Below, piece after piece: positions 55,275-64,000 of a stretch of DNA of 64,000 bases (positions within the stretch are counted from its first letter, which is position 1; each line of letters starts with the position of its first letter). The DNA is taken from NCBI GenBank assembly GCA_043809315.1, contig JAZDDX010000039.1, forward strand, positions 1 to 64,000. Direction: 5' to 3'. Below the pieces are notes generated by a model. The model saw only the letters and a list, made by a program, of their open reading frames with translations, was not told where the DNA came from and searched no databases. Both the position numbers and the translations under genes were made by a program. Source of the stretch: Pseudomonadota bacterium. GTDB taxonomy: Bacteria; Bdellovibrionota_G; JALEGL01; DATDPG01.

Positions 55275-55318
55275 AATCAGGAGATTGGGAATCGACCCGT
55301 GGTGGCATGCCCTTTGCG
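55275..55318 (+). promoter_or_regulatory. sigma54 promoter with IHF site
   Basis: TGGCAT-GCCCT-TTGCG at 55303-55318; AATCAG-GAGA-TTG at 55275-55287 matches WATCAR-N4-TTR; TGTCGC-N14-GCGACA at 55235-55260. Confidence 0.7.
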
Positions 55319-55342
55319 GTAGCCTGTTGGGTCAAAGGAGGA

Positions 55343-56158
55343 ATGAAAGTGACGCGACCCGAAATCCGATTTCTCAAACAGAGTCTCCCCCTGGTTTGTC
55401 TTCTTCTTTTCTTCTTTCCCGTTCGTTCGTACGCGCAGGAGGACCCGATGTTCTCAATGCCCGGGATGAAAGAGAAGGACCAGACCTCTCCGGCGATGAA
55501 CGGGGAGGAATCCCGGTCACGCGCCAAAGAAGTTCGGAAGACGAGATCGAATGACGATGAATCCGATCGGGAGACCTCCACGCCGACTACGAAACGAGGA
55601 GTTGTCTTTCGGACTCCGGACGGCTCCCCCGTGTTTCTCACCGCGGATTCGACGAGAAAATCGCGATTGGTCGCGACCATAAAACAGAAGAAACAGACCG
55701 TGTACTTCCTTGTGATCATGGCGGGTGACATCGAGGAAGAGAACGTGAGTTCAAATTCGGACGATGTGGACGACGTCAAGAAAAACATCGCCGTCGACTC
55801 CCGCTCCAAAGACCACTCGAATATCGATTACGGACATCTAACCCAGGAGGAGATCCTCGGTCACTGGTGGGTCGCCCCTTTGAGCAAGAATCACACGAGT
55901 TGCGGCCGGGAGTTCAGGGTCCTGAAGGATGGTTCCACCGAACTTCGAGAACCTGATGGGAAGGAATCGATGAAAGGAACCGATTCCAAATGCCCCTGGT
56001 ACGAGGGGGGGTATGGGTGGACGAATCGGACCGAGATCAACCCGGGTTCACCGAGCGAGGTGCACGCTTTGATGATCGACGGGGAGAAGGTGGAACTTCC
56101 GCCCATGGCGCTTCTTGAAGTACCGTACCCCGCTACCAAAGATATCGCCGAACGGTAA
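55343..56158 (+). CDS. Secreted hypothetical protein
   Basis: RBS AAGGAGG; signal peptide ..LVCLLLFFFPVRSYA. Confidence 0.7.
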   Translation: MKVTRPEIRFLKQSLPLVCLLLFFFPVRSYAQEDPMFSMPGMKEKDQTSPAMNGEESRSRAKEVRKTRSNDDESDRETSTPTTKRGVVFRTPDGSPVFLTADSTRKSRLVATIKQKKQTVYFLVIMAGDIEEENVSSNSDDVDDVKKNIAVDSRSKDHSNIDYGHLTQEEILGHWWVAPLSKNHTSCGREFRVLKDGSTELREPDGKESMKGTDSKCPWYEGGYGWTNRTEINPGSPSEVHALMIDGEKVELPPMALLEVPYPATKDIAER

Positions 56159-56177
56159 CAATCGCCGAAGCAACTCT

Positions 56178-56495
56178 CTACTTCTGCGTCGGGGAGGTGG
56201 GAAACACCAGGAGCTTCGACTTGTCGCTCCGAAACTTGAGCCCCTTGTGCTGCTTCCCGACCTCCTGCACCGAGATGACCGTGTAGATCGAAAGATGGAG
56301 CGTCTTGACGTCGGCGAGCCGTTTCTCGAGCGCTTCCTGCTCCGGTGAGATGACGAGCGCGTCTTTGTCGAACAAGAAATCGGAGATCGCGATGAATCCC
56401 AAACCGAGACTCGAGTCGTGGATCCTCGCTGCCTTGAGCGAGAAGATCTTCCCCTCGGTCGGGTCGCGGTAGGTCAGGATGAAGTAGCTGCTCAC
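56178..56495 (-). CDS. DUF1820 family protein
   Basis: GFIAISDFLF..LVISP..E.L..R..DVK..HL....VISV.EV pattern. Confidence 0.75.
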   Translation of the reverse strand: MSSYFILTYRDPTEGKIFSLKAARIHDSSLGLGFIAISDFLFDKDALVISPEQEALEKRLADVKTLHLSIYTVISVQEVGKQHKGLKFRSDKSKLLVFPTSPTQK

Positions 56496-58600
56496 TCCTC
56501 TTCTTCCTTAGCCGCCTGTTTCAGGAACGGGGAGGCCGCCTTGATCTTTTCAATCAGATGTCCCGGCACCTCGCGGTACGAATCGAACTCCATCGTGAAG
56601 CTCCCCTGCCCCGCCGTCATCGACTGCAGGTCGGCGACGTAACTCTGAACCTCGGAGAGAGGACAGAAGGCGTTGACCACCGTCATGTTCCCCCGGTTTG
56701 TCATCCCGGCCACCTGTCCGCGACGAGTCGAGACATCCCCCATGATCGCGCCGGAACTCTCCTGCGGCACCACGATCTCCATCTTGTAGTACGGCTCCAG
56801 GAGCTTCGTCCCGACCTTCTCCATCGCCGCCCTTAAGCCCTTGTACCCGGCCTGTTGGAACGCGATGTCTTTGGAATCGACCGGGTGGTACTTCCCGTCC
56901 CGGAGCGTCACGCGGAAGTCGATTAATGGATACCCGGCCATCATGCCGTGCTTCGCCCGCTCGATGACCCCCTTCTCGACGGAGGGAATGAACTGCCGCG
57001 GGATCGCGCCTCCCGAGATGTCGTTCACGAACTCGAACCCCTTCGTGCGCGGAAGCGGCTCCGCATCGATGTAACAGACACCGAACTGTCCCGCGCCGCC
57101 GGTTTGTTTTTTGTGTTTCCCCTCGATCATCTGGACTCTTCCGCCCAGCGTCTCGCGGTACGGGATCGGCGGGAGCTCCTTGGTGACGGTCACCTTGAAC
57201 TTCCGATTCAGCCGCTCGATCGCGATGTCGAGATGGCTGTGACCGAGGCCGCTCAAGACTATGCGGTGGGAGAGATCGTCGACCGAGATTGAAAGCGTGG
57301 GATCTTCCTCGAGGAGGCGGTCAATCGCCTCTTTCATCTTGTCCTCGTCCTTCTTGGCGGCCGGGATCAGGATGCAGCCGATCATCGGTTTCGGATAACT
57401 CGGATTCGGCATCACCCGGACCTGTTTTAGTTCACAGAAGGTGTTGTTGGTGTGCGTCCGGGTCAGCTTGATCGCCGCCGCGATGTCGCCGCAGACGAAC
57501 GAATCGACCCGGGAGAAATCCTTTCCGCGCACGAGGTACGGCGTTCCGAGACGCATCTTTTCTCCGGTCGCGACGTTCAGAACCTCCCCGTCCTTCGTCG
57601 GTGTCCCCGAAAAAATCCGGAAGACGGTGACATGACCGACGTTCAAGTCGATCGCCGTGTGAATCACTTGCCCGAGGAACGGCCCGTTCGGATCGGGGGT
57701 GACGGTCGTCTCCTCCCCCTCCTTGGTCTGGCAGACGACCGGGGGACGGGTGAGCGGGCTCGGTACCCCGCGGGCGATCAGGTCGAGAATCGGCTGCACA
57801 CCGATGTTCTTCGAAGCGCAGGTGAAGAGAACCGGGGTCAGATTCCCTTGCGCGACCGCCTTGAAAAACACCTCCCGGACCACTTCGGGGTCGGCCTGGT
57901 TTGTTTCCAGATACTTTTCCAAGAGGGCGTCGTCGGTCGAAACGATCCCCTCGGTCAGTTCGGCGGAATTAACCTCGACTTCATCCTTGAGATCGGCGGG
58001 AACCGGACCTTCCGTCACTTTTCCGGTCAGATCTGCGGCCCATCGGTACCCTTTCTGTCCGATCAGGTCGACCACCCCAGAAAACGACTCCCCGGCTCCG
58101 ATCGGGAGCTGGATCGGGAGCAGCTGAGCCTCGAGCGCCTCCCCCACTTCCCGGACGATATCGCTCCATTTCTTCGCGGCGCGATCCATCTGGTTGATGA
58201 CCAGGACGCACGGGAGGTTCCTCTCCTTTGCCTGCGCCCACGCTTTTCGGGTCTGGAGGCGGACGCCGTCGACCGCGCTCACGACGATCACGGCCGCATC
58301 GGCCCCTTGCATCGCGGTCATCCCGTCCCAAAAGAAGTTCTGATCCCCCGGGGTGTCGAGAAAGTTGATCTTTTTCCCGGCGTACTCGACCCACCCGAAG
58401 TGCGTGACGATCGAACCCCCTCTTTTATGCTCTTCCGGCTCCGTATCGAAAACCGACGTCGGGTCCCCCGGCTTCCCCAGACGGGTCGTCCCCCCCAGGG
58501 TGAACATGATCGCTTCGGACAGGGCGGTCTTCCCGGAATGCGAGTGCCCCACGATCGCTACGTTTCGGATCTCCTCAGGTTTGACCATGCCGTTTCCCAT
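56492..58600 (-). CDS. Elongation factor G paralog (EF-G2-like)
   Basis: GHSHSGKT, DTPG, PYRET, HKKQTGGAGQF, DGKYHPVDS, LLEP; divergent G2 (RGGSI) and G4 (NQMD). Confidence 0.9.
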   Translation of the reverse strand: MGNGMVKPEEIRNVAIVGHSHSGKTALSEAIMFTLGGTTRLGKPGDPTSVFDTEPEEHKRGGSIVTHFGWVEYAGKKINFLDTPGDQNFFWDGMTAMQGADAAVIVVSAVDGVRLQTRKAWAQAKERNLPCVLVINQMDRAAKKWSDIVREVGEALEAQLLPIQLPIGAGESFSGVVDLIGQKGYRWAADLTGKVTEGPVPADLKDEVEVNSAELTEGIVSTDDALLEKYLETNQADPEVVREVFFKAVAQGNLTPVLFTCASKNIGVQPILDLIARGVPSPLTRPPVVCQTKEGEETTVTPDPNGPFLGQVIHTAIDLNVGHVTVFRIFSGTPTKDGEVLNVATGEKMRLGTPYLVRGKDFSRVDSFVCGDIAAAIKLTRTHTNNTFCELKQVRVMPNPSYPKPMIGCILIPAAKKDEDKMKEAIDRLLEEDPTLSISVDDLSHRIVLSGLGHSHLDIAIERLNRKFKVTVTKELPPIPYRETLGGRVQMIEGKHKKQTGGAGQFGVCYIDAEPLPRTKGFEFVNDISGGAIPRQFIPSVEKGVIERAKHGMMAGYPLIDFRVTLRDGKYHPVDSKDIAFQQAGYKGLRAAMEKVGTKLLEPYYKMEIVVPQESSGAIMGDVSTRRGQVAGMTNRGNMTVVNAFCPLSEVQSYVADLQSMTAGQGSFTMEFDSYREVPGHLIEKIKAASPFLKQAAKEEEE

Positions 58601-58720
58601 GAACTCCTCCGCGTAAGAAACCCCTGCCCCCGGCCTTTCGCCGGTGAACGTGCTGATTTAGAACACTCTTGTTAATTGTGCAAGATTGCAGGAGAGGTTT
58701 ATCCTGGTTAACGTTAACAC

Positions 58721-60430
58721 GTGGAAGATATCCCTCTGATCCTGACGTTGCTCGACAAGAGCATCCGGCAATTCACGCTCTACGGCCGGGAACATCCCCA
58801 GACCCAACTTGCCCTTCGGGATCTCATGGCCCGCCTGGACGAGTACCTGACCAACGTCGGGCGGCTGGAGCTCACGGTCAAGCGAACCGAGTTGGAGTGG
58901 AAAGGCGAGGCCGTATTTCGGATGGAGAAGCGGGAGAACAATTACCTCCAACAGATGTATCTCGACGGAATCCGCCGACTGGGGTTCGCGCGCGAAATCA
59001 CGCCGGAAGAACTCAAGGACTTCGTGCAGGTCCTCTCCCGGGACCCCGGAGTCTACGAATCGCAAGAGGACGACACGGTCACCCTTTTCTGGAAGAAAGC
59101 GTTCCGGCACCTCTTCTATCAGACGGTCGATGTCTACGGCGGCGACCTGGTCGCCATGTTCCAGAACAACCTGTCCGAAGAAGACATGACCAAGGAGGAA
59201 ATGGACGAACGGAATTATGCACGGCATTTCGTGGAGAAACTCGTCGCGGCGGAACCTTCCCCGGGCGCGGAGTCCGTTCCCGCCCGAGCCCCTGCCAAGC
59301 CGCTCCCGGAGGTTCCTTTATTCCATTTCGAGGTTACCAGCGAGAACGGCGACCGGATCCGGAAGGAGGCGCAGGAGACCGGCATCCGCGACTTTCACCC
59401 TGAGCTGCGGACGGTCTTCTGCGAAGTCCTCGAAACCGAGGGGGAATCCGAGGATCTTCCGCCGCTGGTCGCCGCATACCTCGCGATCGTCGCGGGGTTC
59501 GTCGAGGAAGGAAAACCTACGCTCGCTGCGGAGTGGATGACGGAGCTTCGAATCGTTGAAACGTTCCTGGCCGGATCCCCGACGGCCTCGGCGATCTTCG
59601 ACCGGGAGATCGACCGCGCGTTTCCGAGCGAGATGTTTACGGCGTTGGGGAAACAGTTCGCGCACGCCTTTCCGGGAACCCCGGAAGAGTGGATCGCTTT
59701 CTTTCGGCCGCTTAAGAGCACCGCCGCTCCCATCGTCATCGAGCTTCTTACCCACCTCCCGCAAGAGACGCTTCATGCCACATTTACCGACTTCCTCCTC
59801 TCGGACATCCCGGGGGAAACCGAACTCTATCGGTCCCAACTCACGAGCCCGAACTGGATGATGATTCGGGACATGGTGCGGATCCTAGGGAAGCTCCTGT
59901 CGGGGAAGGATCTCGTGGACGCTCTCAACCGCGTGGCCGCACACCCGCACCCGGAAATACGACTGGAGGTTCTTCGTGTGGCTGGCCCGATCCCCGGGGA
60001 GTCGACGCACGAGCTGCTTCGCAGGGGGCTTATGGATTCCAACGCAGACGTCCGGAATGCGGCGCTCCGATTCGTCGGTCAGCACCGCGACCCCTATTTC
60101 GCCAAACCGCTCGCGAAGCTCGCCAACGCCGATTCGTTCCTGGAACGCGACCCGGTCGAGAAGAAGCGGTGGATGATCACGTTGGGGCGTTGCGCGGGAA
60201 CGGCCGCCCTCCCCTTTCTCGAGCAGGTTCTCGACCGGGTCGGATCGACCGATCCGGAGATCGAGGTTCGCGTGGCGGCGTTGCACGGCCTGGCCGAGAT
60301 TCCCGACCCCCGCGCACACAAGGCATTGCAGAATGCAGCGTCCCCGCTCTTCGGAAGCCGGGAGGTCAAGAAGACCGCGCGTCACCTTCTGGAGCGAAAG
60401 ACCCCGCCGAAAGAGAAGGACCCCAAGTGA
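58721..60430 (+). CDS. HEAT-repeat protein
   Basis: HPHPEIRLEVL, DSNADVRNAAL, EVRVAALHGL repeats. Confidence 0.82.
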   Translation: MEDIPLILTLLDKSIRQFTLYGREHPQTQLALRDLMARLDEYLTNVGRLELTVKRTELEWKGEAVFRMEKRENNYLQQMYLDGIRRLGFAREITPEELKDFVQVLSRDPGVYESQEDDTVTLFWKKAFRHLFYQTVDVYGGDLVAMFQNNLSEEDMTKEEMDERNYARHFVEKLVAAEPSPGAESVPARAPAKPLPEVPLFHFEVTSENGDRIRKEAQETGIRDFHPELRTVFCEVLETEGESEDLPPLVAAYLAIVAGFVEEGKPTLAAEWMTELRIVETFLAGSPTASAIFDREIDRAFPSEMFTALGKQFAHAFPGTPEEWIAFFRPLKSTAAPIVIELLTHLPQETLHATFTDFLLSDIPGETELYRSQLTSPNWMMIRDMVRILGKLLSGKDLVDALNRVAAHPHPEIRLEVLRVAGPIPGESTHELLRRGLMDSNADVRNAALRFVGQHRDPYFAKPLAKLANADSFLERDPVEKKRWMITLGRCAGTAALPFLEQVLDRVGSTDPEIEVRVAALHGLAEIPDPRAHKALQNAASPLFGSREVKKTARHLLERKTPPKEKDPK

Positions 60431-61935
60431 GTCCGGAAGCCAAACAAGGAACAACGCGGTCGAAAGAACAGATCGTGCAACTGAATCGGGTCGGAAGACA
60501 GTGGCTGCAGGCGTTCGCGACGATCCTCCGCACCTCCCACTTCCACGATCCGCAGAATCAGATCTTCAACAAGCCGATCGCCGCCCTCCTCCAAGCGAAC
60601 CAGGAAGTCTTGAGCGGCGAAGGGAAGATCGAGTTCCGCATCCTGGACGATCAGTTCTTTCTGAACGGACTCTGGATCAAGTCGACCCTGGCCGAGAAAG
60701 ACGCGCTCTACGCTCTGGCCGATGCGTTCAAGAAGATGGGACTCGGCGGGATCGACGTCCGTTCCGAATCGAAGGAGGAGCATTGGCGAACGCTGGCCGG
60801 AATCTTCAAGACCCTTCACGGCCCGACCGGGGAACGTGCGGAAACGATCAATGTCGAACTCGCCCGTGCCGGCATCGCCGGAATCCAGATGCACCGCGTG
60901 TTCCATCTCAAGGGCGACTCGGAACAAGGGCAACCCCTCCCGGCCCCCTCTTTCTTCGCCGTTTCGTGGTACGCCAAGTCGTTGGCGGCGCTTCGCGACT
61001 TCACCCAATCCCCCCGGGGGGAGGAGCAGGTCGCCGTGCTCCGAAAAGTCCAGCGGATCGTGTGCGAGATGATCGACCTGTGTGAAAAAAACCCGGCCCT
61101 TTTCGCCACGCTCGCCCTGATCCGAAGCTACGAATCGTACTTTTTCCACCACGGGGTCAACGTGATGATCCTCTCCATCTTGACCGGCCGGGAGATCGGC
61201 ATGGAACGGAAGGAGACGGCCGATCTTGGGATGGCGGCCCTTCTTCACGATATCGGGAAGCTTTCGATCCCGGACGAGATCCTCTCCAAGCCTGGAAAGC
61301 TCACGCCGGAGGAATGGGCCCGGATCTCCCGTCACCCGATCGAGTCAGCAAAGACGTTCCTTCTTCTCGGGTACATGAACGAATCGGTCGCGGAGCGCGT
61401 CCTGGTCTCCTACGAACACCATCTCGCTTCGCGCACGCCGAAGGCCTACCCGACTCCGCGACGGAGCGTGAACCCGACGTTGATGGCGGAGATCATCTCC
61501 GTGGCGATCGCGTACGATTCGATGACCAATGCGAAACCGTATCGGCCCGCGCTCTACCCCTGGGAGGCGATCCGGATCCTGGCGGCTCGCAGCGACCAGG
61601 GGTTCTACCGGAAGGAGATCGTCGACGCCCTTCTGCGCGTCCTGGGCCCGGTGCCGTTCGGAAGCTGGGTTTTCGTGGAGGGGGGGTTCGAGGGGATCGT
61701 GGCCGCTGCCGGGACGCTCGCTCCGACTCCGATGGTTCCGCTGGTTCTGGTCCCCGGGGAAAACGGGGATTTCCGCTGGATCGACACCGCCGAACCAAAT
61801 CCCCAGACCGGACAACGCCCCGGTGTCGTCCCCCGCGCGACGAACCTGAACCGATACCAGGATGCCGTCAAACTCCTGTTCCACTGCGTCGCTGCGGACG
61901 GACGCCTGGGCACGACCGTAGCCGCCTCTTCTTGA
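60427..61935 (+). CDS. HD-GYP domain protein (degenerate)
   Basis: GTGA overlap start; HGVNV, LLHDIGK, KPGKLT.EEW..I..HP, KPYR. Confidence 0.85.
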   Translation: MSPEAKQGTTRSKEQIVQLNRVGRQWLQAFATILRTSHFHDPQNQIFNKPIAALLQANQEVLSGEGKIEFRILDDQFFLNGLWIKSTLAEKDALYALADAFKKMGLGGIDVRSESKEEHWRTLAGIFKTLHGPTGERAETINVELARAGIAGIQMHRVFHLKGDSEQGQPLPAPSFFAVSWYAKSLAALRDFTQSPRGEEQVAVLRKVQRIVCEMIDLCEKNPALFATLALIRSYESYFFHHGVNVMILSILTGREIGMERKETADLGMAALLHDIGKLSIPDEILSKPGKLTPEEWARISRHPIESAKTFLLLGYMNESVAERVLVSYEHHLASRTPKAYPTPRRSVNPTLMAEIISVAIAYDSMTNAKPYRPALYPWEAIRILAARSDQGFYRKEIVDALLRVLGPVPFGSWVFVEGGFEGIVAAAGTLAPTPMVPLVLVPGENGDFRWIDTAEPNPQTGQRPGVVPRATNLNRYQDAVKLLFHCVAADGRLGTTVAASS

Positions 61936-61971
61936 GTAAATCTTGGGATCCGGGTTACAACGAAAGCTGCC

Positions 61972-62964
61972 ATGAGCCTCCGAACGCTTCTCATCGGCCT
62001 CGCTCTCGTTCTGATCACCGGCACGGTCGGTTTTCATTTTCTCGAGCATCAAACGTACTTGGACGCTTTCTACATGACGGCGGTAACGGTCACGACGGTC
62101 GGGTTCACAAACGCAACGGAGCTCACCCCCTACGGGAAGATCTTCCAGGTTCTGATTCTTTTTGCGGGGTTCGGCGTCGCCTTCGCCGCCCTCTCGCAGC
62201 TCGCAGCCTCCCTCTTTCGGGGAGAGCTCCAACAGGTGTTAGGGAGAAGACGTATGGAACAAGAGATCCGGAACATGAAGGACCATTACATCCTCTGCGG
62301 CCTCGGTCGCGTGGGGCACGTCATCGCCGAGGAGTTTTTCAACCGGGAGATCCCGTTCGTGATCGTCGACAAGGATCCGGAAACGGTGCGGGGGATGACG
62401 AAGCTGGGGCAGTTCGCCTACGTCAAAGGGAATGCCGAGGAAGAAGAGGTTCTGAAATCGGCCGGGATCGCGAACGCGAGAGGGATTGTCGCGGCGGTCG
62501 GCTCCGACGCCGACAACGCCTTTATCTGCATGACAGCCCGGTCCCTGAACCCGAAGCTCCGGGTCGTCACCCGGGCGACCGACCCGAAAAACATCACCAA
62601 GCTCAAATACGCCGGTGCGGACAAAGTGGTCTCCCCCTATTCGATCGCCGGAACCCGGATGGCGCAGACGATCCTGAACCCGAGCCTCGTCGACTTCATG
62701 GAGATCGCCGCGGATCAGAGCCGCTCCGATGTCGACATGGCCGACGTCGAGATCCCTCGGGATTCGGCGTACGACGGAATCCGTCTCGATCACGCGGAGA
62801 TGAAAGACCTCGACGTGATCATCATCGGAATCCACCGGGGCGACCAGGCGATGGATTTCCATCCCGCCGCCTCATCGGTGCTTCATAGCGGCGATCGTCT
62901 GGTTGCTGTCGGACGCCCCGACCACATCCAGCGGATGATCCAGCGCGCCTCGCAACGTCGTTGA
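61972..62964 (+). CDS. 2TM potassium channel with RCK (TrkA-N/C) domains
   Basis: DAFYMT..T.TTVGF pore; CGLGRVG Rossmann motif; AGADKVVSP. Confidence 0.9.
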   Translation: MSLRTLLIGLALVLITGTVGFHFLEHQTYLDAFYMTAVTVTTVGFTNATELTPYGKIFQVLILFAGFGVAFAALSQLAASLFRGELQQVLGRRRMEQEIRNMKDHYILCGLGRVGHVIAEEFFNREIPFVIVDKDPETVRGMTKLGQFAYVKGNAEEEEVLKSAGIANARGIVAAVGSDADNAFICMTARSLNPKLRVVTRATDPKNITKLKYAGADKVVSPYSIAGTRMAQTILNPSLVDFMEIAADQSRSDVDMADVEIPRDSAYDGIRLDHAEMKDLDVIIIGIHRGDQAMDFHPAASSVLHSGDRLVAVGRPDHIQRMIQRASQRR

Positions 62965-63021
62965 CGCGGCTGATCCATGTCATATCCTGCCGCGGCCGAA
63001 CCAATTAACCAGAGGCGCGTC

Positions 63022-64000
63022 ATGAGAAAAGCTGCGATTTTGTTGGGAGATGAAGCGATCGCCCTTGGGGCGATCCACGCCGGAATCTCGGGAGTTTACG
63101 GGTATCCGGGAACCCCTTCGACCGAGATCTTCGAAGCGATCGAATCGTTCGACCGGGATAAAAAAATCCACGCCCGCTGGTCGACGAATGAGAAGGTGGC
63201 GTACGAGCAGGCGCTCGGCATGAGCTTTGCCGGGAAACGGGCCCTGGTCACGATGAAGCATGTCGGCTTGAACGTCGCAGCCGACCCGTTCATGAACTCC
63301 GCGGTCACTGGGGTTCAAGGTGGGTTGGTCCTCGCGGTCGCCGACGATCCCGGGATGCACTCGAGCCAGAACGAACAGGACTCCCGCTTCTACGCCCAGT
63401 TCGCCATGATCCCCTGCCTGGAACCGGGGGACCAGCAGCAGGCGTACGACATGATGCTTGGGGCGTTCGATCTCTCGGAAAAACACAATGTGCCGGTCAT
63501 GCTGAGGCTCGTCACCCGCCTAGCGCATTCGCGAGCGAACATCCGGGTTCTCGAGCGCGGCCGAGAGATGCATTCCGTCCCCCTCGCCGAGGACTGGAAG
63601 AAGTGGACGCTCCTTCCCGTCAACGCCCGGCGGAACTTCGACAAGTTGATCGCCGCGCAGAAGAGTCTTCTGAAAGAGAGCGAGGAGAGCTCCGACAACC
63701 GGCTCCGGTTTGCGAACAACTTTCGCCGAGGGATCCTGATGAGCGGAATCGCCGCGAACTACGTCTACGAGAACCTCGGAAGCGATCTCGCCGGCTACTC
63801 GACCCTCCATGTCTGCCAGTACCCTGCACCGACCGCTCTCGTCCGGAAGTTGGTCGACTCCATTGACGAGCTCCTGATCGTCGAGGAAGGGTACCCTCTC
63901 CTCGAACAACAGTTGACCGGTCTTCTCGGCCTCAAGGACGTCAAAGTCCGCGGAAAACTCAACGGGGCGCTTCCGCGAACCGGGGAACTCAACCCCGACT
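63022..64000 (+). CDS. iorA: Indolepyruvate:ferredoxin oxidoreductase alpha subunit (3' truncated; absent from the ORF track)
   Basis: Translated by hand: LLGDEAIA.GA, GYPGTPSTEI, NEKVA.E, MKHVGLNVAADP, DDPGMHSSQNEQDSR. Confidence 0.92.
   Translation, partial: MRKAAILLGDEAIALGAIHAGISGVYGYPGTPSTEIFEAIESFDRDKKIHARWSTNEKVAYEQALGMSFAGKRALVTMKHVGLNVAADPFMNSAVTGVQGGLVLAVADDPGMHSSQNEQDSRFYAQFAMIPCLEPGDQQQAYDMMLGAFDLSEKHNVPVMLRLVTRLAHSRANIRVLERGREMHSVPLAEDWKKWTLLPVNARRNFDKLIAAQKSLLKESEESSDNRLRFANNFRRGILMSGIAANYVYENLGSDLAGYSTLHVCQYPAPTALVRKLVDSIDELLIVEEGYPLLEQQLTGLLGLKDVKVRGKLNGALPRTGELNPD

Noticed and set aside
58707-58718. Perfect palindrome GTTAACGTTAAC before the HEAT gene
   Set aside because: Single occurrence with no assignable regulator; could be an operator but unsupported

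Overview
GC-rich, gene-dense bacterial chromosomal window with about 60 CDS. I saw no rRNA, tRNA, CRISPR array, transposase or prophage. Gene content (Bd0055-type histone, HEAT + HD-GYP pair, OmpA/TSP3 proteins, FN3/RCC1 lipoproteins, DUF503) suggests a 'deltaproteobacterial' lineage such as Bdellovibrionota/Myxococcota relatives; this is inference only. The main feature is a 12.2 kb extracellular electron transfer (EET) island at 32951-45178 with 55 counted heme-c motifs. It encodes a porin, a 9-heme cytochrome and an 8-heme surface lipoprotein (porin-cytochrome conduit), two CbcL-like cytochrome b/c fusions (19 and 11 hemes), an ImcH/NapC-like protein and two monoheme cytochromes. FNR/CRP-like palindromes sit at both outer ends of the island. 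Other notable items: a bacterial histone; three sigma54 promoters, each ahead of lineage-specific secreted proteins; FN3-stalk surface proteins with exchanged tip domains plus a frameshifted spare tip copy; a degenerate HD-GYP/HEAT pair; and a structured leader upstream of type III glutamine synthetase. The rest is housekeeping and transport (amrSAB, fbaB, rlmD, hppA, sodB, mtgA, mscL, EF-G paralog, iorA). Family assignments come from motif recognition by eye, not database searches.
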